Below the pieces are notes generated by a model, which was not told where the DNA came from, did not search any database, and worked only from the letters and a program-made list of their open reading frames with translations. From Chrysemys picta bellii (Eukaryota): DNA of 64,000 nt. The stretch is taken from NCBI RefSeq assembly GCF_011386835.1, contig NC_088806.1, forward strand, positions 2,604,001-2,668,000. The letters are read 5' to 3'. This document shows positions 9,850 to 21,723 of the stretch, one piece after another. Made by a program: the position numbers and the translations under genes. Within the stretch, counting starts at the first letter, position 1. Every line of letters begins with the position of its first letter.

Positions 9850-11333
9850 TGAGCTGAGCAGGGTCACTTTAGCCAGGGAGCTGGGGAAGTTCAGGGCCCC
9901 CCTCTCCGGGACAACGCGTCCGCTGTCATGTTGGCACTCACCTTAATGTGGACCACGTCCATGTCGTAATCCTGGGAAGGACAGAGTCCACCTCAGGAGC
10001 TTGGCATTGGCCCCTTTCATCTGGTGTAGCCACGTCAAGGGTGAGTGGTCCGTGCACACGGTGAAGTGCTGCCCAAATGGATACGGCTGCGGCTTTTTAA
10101 GGGCCCACCCCAGGGAGAGGCATTCCTTCTCGATGGTAGTTCTGCTCCTGGGGGAGCAACTTCTTGCTCAGGTGCATGGTGGGGTGTCTCTCCCCCTTCT
10201 TGTCAACCTGCATCAGCACCGCACCCAGCCCTGTGTCTGAGGCGTCGGTGAACACCATAAAGTCGGGGTTTACCAGCACCGGGCCTCTGACCAGATCCTC
10301 CTTCAGAGCACAGAGAGCCCTCTGGTACTGCCCGGTCCAGACCAGCTTGTCTGGCTTCCCCTTCTTGCATAGCTCAGTGATGGGGGCGGCCATGGCGCTA
10401 AAGTGGGGCACAAACCTCCGGTAGTGCCCCGCCATCCCAATAAAGACCTGGACCCATTTCTTAGTCTGGGGAATGGGCCAATCTCTGATCACTTCCCACC
10501 TTGTGGCCCAAGTATGACACCTCTGCCATCCCCACCTTGCACGTCCCGGCTTTTATAGTCAGACCTGCATCCCGGAGCCAGCCCAGCCCCTGTTTAACCT
10601 GGGACACATGGTCCTCCCAGGTCTGGCTAAAAACACAGATATTATCAATATACGCCAGGGCAAAACTCCCCATCCCCTTGAGGAACTGGTCCACAAGGTG
10701 GCAGGTGATAAGAGCAGATTTCAGTCGGGCACCCGACTTGCCAGTAGCCTTTGGTGAGATCCACAGCTTGTCTAGGAGCTCATCAGGCCTAGGCATGGAG
10801 TAGGCGTCGGACACGGTGATGGCATTGAGCTTCTGATAGTCCCCACAGAACCAGATTGACCTGTCCTTGAGAACCAGCACATGGGAGAGGCCCAGGGGCT
10901 GGAAGACGGCTGGATCACCCCTAAAGCCAGCATGTCTCTGACTTCTCTCTCCAGGTTCTGGGCTGTTTTCCCCGTGACTCTGAACGGGGAACATCTTCCA
11001 GGAGGGTTGGCTCCCATCTCCACCTGGTGGACGGCCAGGTTAGTGAGCCCCAGGCTGGTTGGAGAACAGCTGGTGGTAGGAACCCAGCACCTCTGTGATC
11101 TCAGCCTGCTGGCCAGGGGTTAGCTGGTCAGAGAGGGGAATTGATTCCAGCGAGGGGCTGGTTCCTGTCCCAGGAAATAGATCCTGGCCACACACGGCCA
11201 GCACCAAATTCTCCCTGTCAAAATACGGCTCCATCATGTTGACCTGGTCCCCTCGGTCGCTGTGAGCCCGGTCAGACAGTTCCACCACATAGGCCACCTC
11301 ATGCCGCTGCGTGATGACCTTAAAGGGCCCGTC
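9850..11333 (-). mobile_element. Gypsy pol remnant: integrase C-terminal tail, RT, RNase H (frameshifted)
   Basis: GPFKVIT; PSSSPWASP; FCGDYQKLNAITVSDAYSMP; LAYIDNICVFSQTWEDH; FTDASDTGLGAVLMQ. Confidence 0.9.
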
Positions 11334-11399
11334 TGTGACATTCTTCATGTCCCCCATATTCTTCATCGAGATATTATTATATGACTAGGATGTAATCAT

Positions 11400-11570
11400 A
11401 GGGTTCCCTAGGGAGGTGGTGGAATCTCCATCCTTAGAGGTTTTTAAGGCCTGGCTTGACAAAGCCCTGGCTGGGATGAATTAGTTGGGGATTGGTCCTG
11501 CTTTGAGCAGGGGGTGGGACTAGATACCTCCTGAGGTCCCTTCCAACCCTGATCTTCTATGATTCTATGA
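11400..11570 (+). mobile_element. CR1 3' end fragment
   Basis: GGTGGAATCTCC...GGTCCCTTCCAACCCTGATCTTCTATGATTCTATGA tail. Confidence 0.88.
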
Positions 11571-11781
11571 TAATGTATCTTATGCCAGACAGGTCATGTG
11601 AGGTATCATCGGAAAGGCCGTGATTTACTGAATACGATGATCCTATTGGTCCGCACGTCTCAGTTTTGCATCTGAAGTTAGGAATATTGACAATAGGCGT
11701 TCAGAGCAGCGAATCTCCCACCGGGGAGCCTTCGTGAGGAGGCTACAAACTTCTGATTCATGGCGGCTTGGCCACTGCCGG

Positions 11782-11988
11782 CAGGGCCGGCTCCAGGCAC
11801 CAGTTTAACAAGCAGGTGCTTGGGGCGGCCCAGGGAGAGGGGCGGCACCTGCGGCAAGTCGGGGGCGGCAGGTCCCTCACTCCCTCTAGGAGCGAAGGAC
11901 CCGCCGCTGAACTGCCATCGCCGATCGCGGCTTTTTTTTTTTTTTTTTTTTTTTGCTTGGGGCGGCAGAAATGCTGGAGCCGGCCCTG
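11782..11988. mobile_element. Non-autonomous hAT-like MITE
   Basis: Terminal inverted repeats (TIRs) CAGGGCCGGCTCCAG / CTGGAGCCGGCCCTG. No clear TSD. A related right end lies at about 12900-12915. Confidence 0.6.
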
Positions 11989-12984
11989 GCTGTACCAGAG
12001 GCAGGGAATGAGGAAAAACAGATGGCCAATCAGTTGAGGATTTCCCTAGGTGGGGTTTTTCCACAGACACACAGAAGGGTCAGAAAACCCCTAGTCTGTC
12101 CCCACAGGATTTGGCAGGTTTGGGCCTGATCCAAAACACATTGACATCAGTGAAAAGACTTCCGTTTACTTCAATAGGCTTTGGATTGGGGCCGAGGAAC
12201 AGGAGATAGATTGGAGGGAGGGGCTGGTTTTGATGTATTGGCTAGAGACTGATTGACAGGACACAGACCAGCCAAAAATTCCTATGTGCGCCATTCATGA
12301 AATCAGGTGGAGCTTTAAAAATAAATTCTTTTCCGATTCTTTATGTAGAAAGAAGTTTTCTAAATGTTTATATTTATATTTCATATAAGCCTGGTGTGGA
12401 ATCCTGGAAGTTAGTGATGGAAGAGGCCTCTGAGGTCACACCCAGTCCAGCTCTCTGCAGATAGTTTCGAATATGGGTCTAGTCTGGTTTTGACTTCCAC
12501 CACTTCCCTGGGGAGGCTATTCCTCAGCCTTTGGATATATCCACACTGCACGCTTCTTTCAGTGGCTGTAGAGTACATACACAGGTTGCACCCCAGCAAG
12601 GGTATACATAGCCGTGTAGCCAGTGAGGGACAGTTTAGGCAGGCCAGGTATGGTACGGACACACCTGAGTACATGCCGTACATAGCTCTCTACTTGCCCA
12701 AGCCGGGTCTCCCTATCTACACTGCTGTTTTTTAGCAATGTAGTGTCCCGCTGCTCAGGCCTTTTACTGTCATAAAAGGTGCGGGGGGGGCGGCGCTCTG
12801 GGGGGGAGTTCCGGCGGCGCCCGGCGGGGGGGCGGCGCAGCACTCGGCGGGGGGGCTCGGGGGCGGCGCTTTTTTTTGTTGCTTGGGGCAGCAAAAGAGC
12901 TAGAGCCGGCCCTGACTGCAGGGTCATGTGATCAGGTCACCTGGGGCTGGACTCCATCTTGGAATGCCAGTGTTTTTCCCACTG

Positions 12985-15900
12985 GCAATGATACTGCCAA
13001 GGATGACCTTGAGCGGATCACTGCAGACTACGTGGCTCTGGGAAGAAGGATAAAGGAGTTTGAGGCACAAGTGGTGTTCTCGTCCATCCTCCCTGTGCAA
13101 GGAAAAGGCCGGGGTAGAGACCGTCGAATCGTGGAAGTCAACGAATAGCTACGCAGGTGGTGTCGGAGAGAAGGACCATGGGATGGTGTTCCAAGAAGAA
13201 GGAGTGCTAGGCAGAGACGGGCTCCACCTAACGAAGAGAGGGAAGAGCATCTTCGCCAGCAGGCTGGCTATCCTAGTGAGGAGAGCTTTAAACTAGGTTC
13301 ACCGGGGGAAGGAGACCAAAGCCCTGAGGTAAGTGGGGAAATGGGATCCTGGGAGGAAGCACAAGCAGGAGAGCGCAAGAGGGGAGGACTCCTGTCTCAT
13401 GCTGAGAAAGAGGGACGATCGATGAGTTATCTTAAGTGCCTTTACACAAATGCAAGAAGCCTGGGAAACAAGCAGGGAGAACTGGAAGTCCTGGCACAGT
13501 CAGGGAACTATGATGTGATTGGAATAACAGACTTGGTGGGATAACTCACATGACTGGAGTACTGTCATGGATGGATATAAACTGGTCAGGAAGGACAGGC
13601 AGGGCAGAAAAGGTGGGGGAGTTGCATTGTATGTAAGAGAGGAGTATGACTGCTCAGAGCTCCGGTATGAAACTGCAGAAAAACCTGAGAGTCTCTGGAT
13701 AAAGTTGAGAAGTGTGAGCAACAAGGGTGATGTCGTGGTTGGAGTCTGCTATAGACCACCAGACCAGGGGGATGAGGTGGACAAGGCTTTCTTCTGGCAA
13801 CTAACAGAAGTTACTAGATCGCAGGCCCTGGTTCTCATGAGAGACTTTAATCACCCTGATATCTGCTGGGAGAGCAATACAGCGGTGCACAGACAATCCA
13901 GGAAGTTTTTGGAAAGTGTAGGGGACAATTTCCTGGTGCAAGTGCTGGAGGAACCAACTAGGGGCAGAGCTCTTCTTGACCTGCTGCTCACAAACAGGGA
14001 AGAATTAGTACGGGAAGCAAAAGTGGATGGGAACCTGGGAGGCAGTGACCATGAGATGGTCGAGTTCAGGATCCTGACACAAGGAAGAAAGGAGAGCAGC
14101 AGGATACGGACCCTGGATTTCAGAAAAGCAGACTTTGACTCCCTCAGGGAACAGATGGGCAGGATCCCCTGAGAGAATAACACGAAGGGGAAAGGCATCC
14201 AGGAGAGCTGGCTGTATTTTAAAGAATCCTTATTGCGGTTGCAGGAACAAAGCATCCCGAAGTGTAGTAAGAATAGTAAATATGGCAGGCGACCGGCTTG
14301 GCTTAACAGTGAAATCCTTGCTGATCTTAAACGCAAAAAAGGAGTTTACAAGAAGTGGAAGATTGGACAAATGACCAGGGAGGAGTATAAAAATATCGCT
14401 CAGGCGTGCAGGAGTGAAATCAGGAAGGCCAAATCACACTTGGAGTTGCAGCTAGCAAGAGATGTTAAGAGTAACAAGAAGGGTTTCTTCAGGTATGTTA
14501 GCAACAAGAAGAAAGTCAAGGGAAGTGTGGGCCCCTTACTGAATGAGGGAGGCAACCTAGTGACCGAGGATGTGGAAAAAGCTAATGTACTCAATGATTT
14601 TTTTGCCTCTGTCTTCACGAACAAGGACAGCTCCCAGACAGCTGCACTGGGCAGTACAGCATGGGGAGAAGGTGACCAGCCCTCTGTGGAGAAAGAAGTG
14701 GTTCGGGACTATTTAGAAAAACTGGACGTGCACAAGTCCATGGGGCCGGATGCGCTGCATCCGAGGGTGCTAAAGGAGTTGACGGATGTGATTTCCATCT
14801 TTGAAAACTCATGGCAATCGGGGGAGGTCCCGGATGACTGGAAAAAGGCTAATGTAGTGCCCATCTCTAAAAAAGGGAAGAAGGAGGATCCGGGGAACTA
14901 CAGGCCAGTCAGCCTCACCTCAGTCCCTGGAAAAATCATGGAGCAGGTCCTCAAGGAATCAATTCTGAAGCACTTAGAGGAGAGGAAAGTGATCAGGAAC
15001 AGTCAGCATGGATTCACCAAGGGGAAGTCGTGCCTGACTAACCTAATTGCCTTCTATGAGGAGATAACTCACTCTGTGGATGAGGGGAAAGCAGTGGACG
15101 TGTTATTCCTTGACTTTAGCAAAGCTTTTGATACGGTCTCCCACAGTATTCTTGCTGCCAAGTTAAAGAAGTATGGGCTGGATGAATGGACTGTAAGGTG
15201 GATAGAAAGCTGGCTCAACGGGTAGTGATCAATGGCTCCATGTCTAGCTGGCAGCCGGTTTCAAGCGGAGTGCCCCAAGGGTCGGTCCTGGGGCCGGTTT
15301 TGTTTAATATCTTTATTAATGATCTGGAGGATGGTGTGGACTGCACTCTCAGCAAGTTTGCAGATGACACTAAACTAGGAGGAGTGGTAGATACACTAGA
15401 GGGTAGGGATCGGATACAGAGGGACCTAGACAAACTAGAGGATTGGGCCAAAAAAAACCTGATGAGGTTCAACAAGGACAAGTGCAGAGTCCTGCACTTA
15501 GGACGGAAGAATCCCATGCACTGCTACAGACTAGGGACCGAATGGCTAGGCAGCAGTTCTGCAGAAATGGACCTAGGGGTTACAGTGGACGAGAAGCTGG
15601 ATATGAGTCAGCAGTGTGCCCTTGTTGCCAAGAAGGCTAACGGCATTTTGGGCTGTATAACTAGGGGCATTGGCAGCAGATCGAGGGACGTGATCATTCC
15701 CCTCTATTCAACATTGGTGAGGCCTCATCTGGAGTACTGTGTCCAGTTTTGGGCCCCACACTACAAGAAGGAAGTGGAAAAATTGGAAAGAGTCCAGCGG
15801 AGGGCAACAAAAATGATCAGGGGCCTGGAGCACATGACTTATAGGAGAGGCTGAGGGAACTGGGGTTATTTAGTCTGCAGAAGAGAAGAATGAGGGGGGA

Positions 15901-16247
15901 TTTGATAGCTGCTTTCAACTCCCTGAAGGGGGGTTCCAAAGAGGATGGATCTAGACTGTTCTCAGTGGTAGCAGATGACAGAACAAGGAGCAATGGTCTC
16001 AAGTTGCAGTGGGGGAGGTGTAGGTTGGATATTAGGAAACACTATTTCACTAGGAGGGTGGTGAAGCACTGGAATGCGTTACCTTGGGAGGTGATGGAAT
16101 CTCCTTCCTTAGAGGTTTTTAAGGTCAGGCTTGACAAAGCCCTGCCTGGGATGATTTAGTTGGGAAATGGTCCTGCTTTGAGCAGGGGGTTGGATTAGAT
16201 ACCTCCTAAGGTCCCTTCCAACCCTGATATTCTACGATTCTATGATT
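12985..16247 (+). mobile_element. 5'-truncated CR1 LINE: ORF1 esterase-like tail, ORF2 endonuclease and RT (disrupted), 3' UTR
   Basis: GNDTAKDD...GRDGLHLTKRG (ORF1); [52 protein letters not shown] (ORF2). Frameshifts and a TGA at 14170. TTCTACGATTCTATGA tail. Confidence 0.97.
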
Positions 16248-16539
16248 GGAATACCAGTGTTTTTCCCACTGCCTGGCGTGGGAACCAAGCTTTGAAACAA
16301 AGGGCTCCCCCCCCGCCCCAGGCAGGGAAGTGACCTCCTCATGGTTCTTCACTGACTCCCCACCCAAGGGGACTCCTGGAAACACCTGAGGAACAAAGAC
16401 TGACCTGGGGGAAGTGCTGGACTCAGGCTAAAGGGATTTTTAGCCTGTGGATGCTGATTGAAAAAGCAAAGAGCTGGTGGGTCGGGGGGCTCAGTGGTAC
16501 CCCAGTTCCAAGTGGCACCCTGGGGGGGAACCCTTCACA

Positions 16540-16773
16540 CTGTCCCAGGCAGCTTGGACTTTGTTTTTTCTCATGGGGATGAGAACTATCAGCTGGTCCC
16601 CGGAGCTGGTACGAGCCGTGCGGTTGTACCAGATCTGCTCCCCTTGGGCCCTGGTTAGGTTCTCCCTGGCCAAGCCCATGCGCTCAGTGAGCTTTTCCCA
16701 GAAAGTCAGGACACACCCCACCACTGAGTCTCCATCGGGGGAGGCCTTCCCCTCCCAGTCATCCTTCACCAGT
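16540..16773 (-). mobile_element. Gypsy integrase post-core segment
   Basis: VKDDWEG...LARENLTRAQ...WYNRTAR...NKVQAAWD (ORF 16491..16769). Confidence 0.8.
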
Positions 16774-17489
16774 TGTCACGGAGTCCCCGGGCGATGCTCT
16801 GGAGCTGCTCCCCACGAAGCCAGGCAGGGCTCTGGGGGAGCCTCCTCTCTGTGAGCAGACTGTCGCCAGGGCAAGAAGCTCCCACGGCTTCCACCTTCCT
16901 GGGTCTGACCTCGGAGCATCCAGCCTCCCCTTCCACACTGTGCGCTTCCCACAGCGAGTCCGCACAGGCGGGGCTCTTGGGGGTGCCAGAAGGCCCTGCA
17001 CCCCAACTCCACAGTCAGACGTGACTCTCAGCCAGCCAGTAAAACAGAAGGTTTATTAGACGACAGGAGCATGGTCTAAAACAGAGCTTGTAGGTACAGA
17101 GACCAGGACCCCTTAGTCAGGTCCATCCTGGGGGTCAGGGAGCCAGACCCAGTTCTGGCCTCCCTCCATTTCCCCAGCCAGCCCAAACTGAAACTCTCCA
17201 GCCCCTCCTCTGGCCTTTGTCTCTTTCCCAGGCCAGGAGGCCACCGGATCTTTTTGTTCTCCAACACCTTCAGTTGGCACCTTGCCGGGGAGGGGCCCAG
17301 GCCATCAGTGGCCAGCAGACAGGGTGTCGGCCATTCTCTGTGCAGACACCATCAGACTGGCCCTCTAGGGCTCTGTACCAATCACACCCCCTGATCCCAC
17401 CACCTAGATACTTAAGAAAGGCATAGGGGAAACTGAGGCACCCACACAGTATTCAGAGAGAACATTAAGAACATTCCCACTTCGTCACA
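16774..17489 (-). mobile_element. Gypsy solo LTR (716 bp) interrupting integrase
   Basis: Minus strand TGTGACGAAGTGG...CTCCGTGACA. The integrase GPLDL|VKDD is split across it. The same family occurs at 41168 on the plus strand. Confidence 0.85.
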
Positions 17490-19340
17490 CCAAGTCCAGG
17501 GGTCCCCTCACTCTCCTCCCGTACAGCAACTCAAAAGGGGAGAACCCTGTAGATTCTTGGAGCTAAATATTTGCCCCAGTCCTGCGGGTGCTGGTCCGTA
17601 AAGGTTTTCAGCATCATCTTTAGGGTTCCATTGAACCTCTCCACAAGCCCGATGGCCTGAGGGTGGCCCAGGTGTGCCGGACCCCACACTTCTCCCACAA
17701 GCACTGGAGCAGGGCTGACATGAAGTTGGAGCCCTGGTCTGTAAGGACTTCCTTGGGGAACCCCCACGTGGCTGAAAACAGTCAGCAGTGCATCGGCCAC
17801 GGTGTCTGCCTCGGTCGAAGACAGAGCCACCGCCTCGGGATAGTGCGTAGCGAAATCCATCCCCACCAGGATGTCTTTCTTCCCCAACCGGGTTGCCCTG
17901 CTGAGGGGCCATGTGCCTGGCCTGGAATTCAGCGGCTGGAGAAGGGACGGGGATCTGCTCCCTCTCATCGGCTGGGTCCGAGGCCACAACCCCGCCAAGT
18001 CCTGTCCCTGGTGGCTCCCTTCCCACCGGGGCAGGGTCCCATGCCCCCTGCTGGGTATCCCCCCAGTGTCAGGGCAGAGTTCCCCTCGCTGGATCTGGCT
18101 ATGGGTGATGACTAGGGTGCTCGGGTCACCAATCCAACAGGTCACCCCCTATCAGCACCTCGGTTGGCCACTGATGGGACACCCCAACATCTTTGGGGCC
18201 CGCCTTGGCCCCCCCATTTTAGACAAACCCTGGTTACCTTAACCGGGGTCACGCACACGCCCAGGTAGGTGTTGGGCATCACCCGGTCTGGGGCCACCAC
18301 TTTGGGCCGGGCCAGCGTCACCTCAGCCACCTCCAGGGGAACGAGGCACCCTGTAGATTGAGCGCCCCGAAACTGGAGCGTCCAGCCCCCTCCAGGAGCG
18401 GACTCCAGAGATTCTTCCCTCCCCAGTCACTGCTAAGCTGCCAGCCACACCTAACCCTCCTCCAGCTGGGATTGCATTCCATATCCCGCCCTGCTGTCTG
18501 CAAACTCGCCGGCCGGCCGGCCGCCCTGCGCAGCGCAGCGCAGGTCCTTCGGCCTTTTGTCCACCAGCCGCCTCCTCAGAGCTCCAGTCCCATCCGCTCC
18601 AACGCGTCCTCCCTGGTCTGGGCCCCGGCCCCGTGTATTTCCCCATCAGCGTGGCCAGTTGCAGGTACATCTTTCTGCATACGCCAGAACCTTTTTCCCG
18701 TACGCCTCGGTTCAATCTCCAGCAACGGGGCCTGTTTGAACGGTCCGTCGTCCCCGGCTTCCACCCCGTCCAACTGCCTGAACAGCTCTATGGCCTTGGG
18801 ACCCGGTAAGGGGGGGAAGATACCAGAGCCTGTCTGCGGGGTCAACCTGGAGCACATTTTCCAAGGCAGTGAGGAAGGCGTCTATGTCCGCCCCTTCCTT
18901 AAACTGGGGCAGCAATTTTATATCGGAGTTCCCTGCGGGCTCGGCTCCCCTGGGGTCCATCCCCACTCACCCCAGCTGCCTCTCAGCTCCGCCATCGCCC
19001 GTTCATGCTGCCTCTGTCTCTCCTGGTCCTTCAGCTCTTCCCGTTTCAGCTCCACCTACAGCCATGAAGATCCCCTGCTGGTCGGGGAGGTGGATCCCAG
19101 AGCTGCCTGGCTGCTCTCAGCCCCTCCCTGGGCCCCAGCTCGCTCGGAAACTGGTGTAGGCCCTGGGGCTGCCTGGCGGTTCCCAGCCTCTCTCGCGGCC
19201 CCAGGAACCGGCTCCTTAAAGCGATCCTCCTCTTCCAACCAAGCAATCAGCTGTGCCTTCGTGAGCTTTCCAATGCGTAGCCCTCTCTCTCTGCACAGCT
19301 CTACAACGTTCTTCTTAAGGAGATACTTATAGGCTATCTC
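17490..19340 (-). mobile_element. Gypsy (Gmr1-like) gag and integrase core, degenerate
   Basis: Gag ...FKEGADIDAFLTALE; integrase DFATHYPEAVAL, GLVERFNGTLKMML, FELLYGRRVRGPLDL. Integrase lies upstream of RT. Confidence 0.88.
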
Positions 19341-19584
19341 CTCGCTGTTCCCAAGTGGTCACGGACTCACAGGCCTGTGGTTTCTCAGCTCCCCACGGTC
19401 CCTGGGAAGAATCGACAGCCCTTCTCGGGGGTCCACTCTATCTCGGGGTTAAGCCGTAGGCTCCTCCGCCTCCTAGAACCGCACCTCTCTGAGCCTTCAG
19501 CACGCCCGTCTCTCGCTAATCCCCCTTTGTTTTACTGCTCCCCAGTCACTTACTGCAGAATGCTCCAACCACGGGGTGCAGTTT

Positions 19585-19602
19585 ATCCCACTGCTGCCAC
19601 CA
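19585..19602 (-). other. Primer binding site, tRNA-Leu type
   Basis: TGGTGGCAGCAGTGGGAT, 2 nt after the LTR end TGACA. One mismatch to the complement of the vertebrate tRNA-Leu(AAG/TAG) 3' end (recalled sequence). Confidence 0.75.
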
Positions 19603-19604
19603 GT

Positions 19605-20075
19605 TGTCATGGAATCACCGGGGTGATGCTCTGAAACTGCTCCCTACGAAGCCAGTCAGGACTCTGGGGGAGCCTCCTCTCTGTGAGTAGACTGTCTTCA
19701 GGGCAAGCAGCTCACATGGTTTCACCTTCCTGGGTCTGACCTTGGAGCATTCAGCATCCTCTGCCCCTCTGTGCACTTCCCACAGTGAGTCCTGGGGGAG
19801 CCAGAGGGCCCTGCACCCCACCTCCGCAGTCAAACATGACTCTCAGCCAGCCAGTAAAACAGAAGGTTTATTAGTCGACAGAAACACAGCGTAGGACAGA
19901 ACTTGTTAGCATAGAAATGAGTGACTTTCAGCCAAGTCCATCTTGGGGGAGTCCCGATCCAGACGCCCTGGACTCCCCCTCTTCCAGTCCCAAACTGAAG
20001 ACTGCCCGGCTTCCAGTGACTGGACCTCAGACACCCCCGTTGCTCCTCCTCCTTGTCTTTGTCTCGCTTCCCAGG
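19605..20075 (-). mobile_element. Gypsy 5' LTR (partial)
   Basis: Ends ...CCATGACA before the primer binding site. Shares blocks with 8650-8965 and 9560-9615. Confidence 0.75.
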
Positions 20076-20625
20076 ATCGATCATGGGAGATATCATTGGA
20101 AAGGTTATGATTCCATGAATAGGATTATCCAATTTGTATGCATGTATCATTTTGGTATCTGAAGTTAAGAATATTGTCCATGCATCTATTACAAGTGTTT
20201 GCATCTGGGGAATGCCCACTAGGCAGAATGCAATCGGTCTAGAATGCAATCTAGACCGATTGCATTCTGGGAAGGGCCATTAGAGAAAACAGTAGGTCTT
20301 AGAAGATGCTAATCTCCCACCGGGGAGCCTTCCTGGGGACACTACAACCAACCTCTAACTCATGGAGGTTATGGCCCTACAGGGGCATGTAACCAATCAC
20401 CCGGTACTGGACTCCATCAGAGAATACCAGCGTTTTTCCACTGACCAGTGTGAGAGCTAAAAAGTTGGAGACGAAGGGTTCCCGCCTTATCATCGAAGAT
20501 TAGGGTTGGAAGGGACCTCAGGAGGTTTCTAGTCCAACCCCCTGCTCAAAGCAGGACCAATCCCCAACTAAATCATCCCAGCCAGGGCTTTGTGAAGACA
20601 GGCCTTAAAAACCTCTAAGGAAGGA

Positions 20626-20818
20626 TTCAGAGTAGCAGCCGTGTTAGTCTGTATCCGCAAAAAGAACAGGAGTACTTGTGGCACCTTAGAGACTAACACA
20701 TTTATTAGAGCATAAGCTTTCGTGGACTATGCATCCGAAGAAGTGGGCTGTAGCCCACGAAAGCTTATGCTCTAATAAATGTGTTAGTCTCTAAGGTGCC
20801 ACAAGTACTCCTGTTCTT
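20626..20818. mobile_element. Mini Penelope-like fold-back insertion
   Basis: About 64-bp perfect inverted arms. Flanking TCTAAGGAAGGA duplicated (20614-20625 / 20819-20830). Sequence matches the terminal repeat of the element at 37096-38000. Confidence 0.85.
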
Positions 20819-20890
20819 TCTAAGGAAGGAGATTCCACCACCTTCCTAGGGAACCCATTCCAGTGCTTCACCACCCTCCTTGTGAAATAG

Positions 20891-21723
20891 TGTGACGAAG
20901 TGGGGGATTTTCTTGTGTTTTCCTTGTTTTTCCAATGGTTTGCATGCATAGGGGGTGAGACTCAGTTTCCCTGGGGGTTACTAGTTTAACGAGGGGAGGG
21001 GAGAGGGAGTTTGTAGTTACAGAGGACCGGAGAGGGAACTTGGGACCCCAGCCGATGGCCTGGAGGATGGACACCCCAGCAACTGGTGACCTGACGACCC
21101 GGAGACCCAGCTCAGGAGTCGCATCTGGTTCTGGCCAGTGGGAGGACTGGCTGTGAAGAGAGGCCCCCGGGGACCTGACCAGCCAGAGAGGGCCAGAGGA
21201 GGGCTGAGAGGAGAGGAGGCCCAGGTGACCCGGTTTCCCTGGAGAGAAGACAATGGACAGAGGCGGGGCCTGGGACCGGGGATCTCAGATGCCCAGCTGG
21301 GAAGCAGAGGGGGCTCGGGGCTGGAGAGGGGAAGCAGGCAGAGCCCACCTGGATGCAGAGAGACTGGGATGTGCTGGGCTGAGGGAGGCCAGGCCTGAGG
21401 CCCGGAGAGTTTCCTGTGCTGTGTTCAGACGCTCAATAACCCTCCTGTGTGACACTGGCTGAGAGTCACTCCGGGCTAGAGAACAGGGTCGCATCCACCC
21501 CTTCGGGGGAGGGAGGTCCTGGGGGTCCAGAGCGAGTGGACTCCCTGAGGGGGCCCACGGCAGAGACAGACGTGCTAAGGCTCAGAGAGGTGCGGCTCCA
21601 GGAGGTGGAGGGGGCCTGACCCCGAGAGAGAGTGGACCCCCGAGAAGGGCTGTCGCACTGAAGGAAGCACCCCCCACGGACCGCACAGGGCCAGGAGTGG
21701 GCACAATCTGGGAGACCGTGACA
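20891..21723 (+). mobile_element. Solo LTR, 833 bp
   Basis: TGTGACGAAG...GACCGTGACA with a perfect 5-bp TSD AATAG, inside the CR1. Confidence 0.9.

Larger units (their letters stand above)
11334..16539. mobile_element. LTR-type element (TG...CA) inserted in the Gypsy integrase and itself hosting a CR1 and MITEs
   Basis: Termini TGTGACA...TTCACA, flanked by CCGTC/CTGTC (5-bp TSD, 1 mismatch). Removing it restores integrase AWDGPFK. Homologous sequence lies at 20076-22620. Confidence 0.75.
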
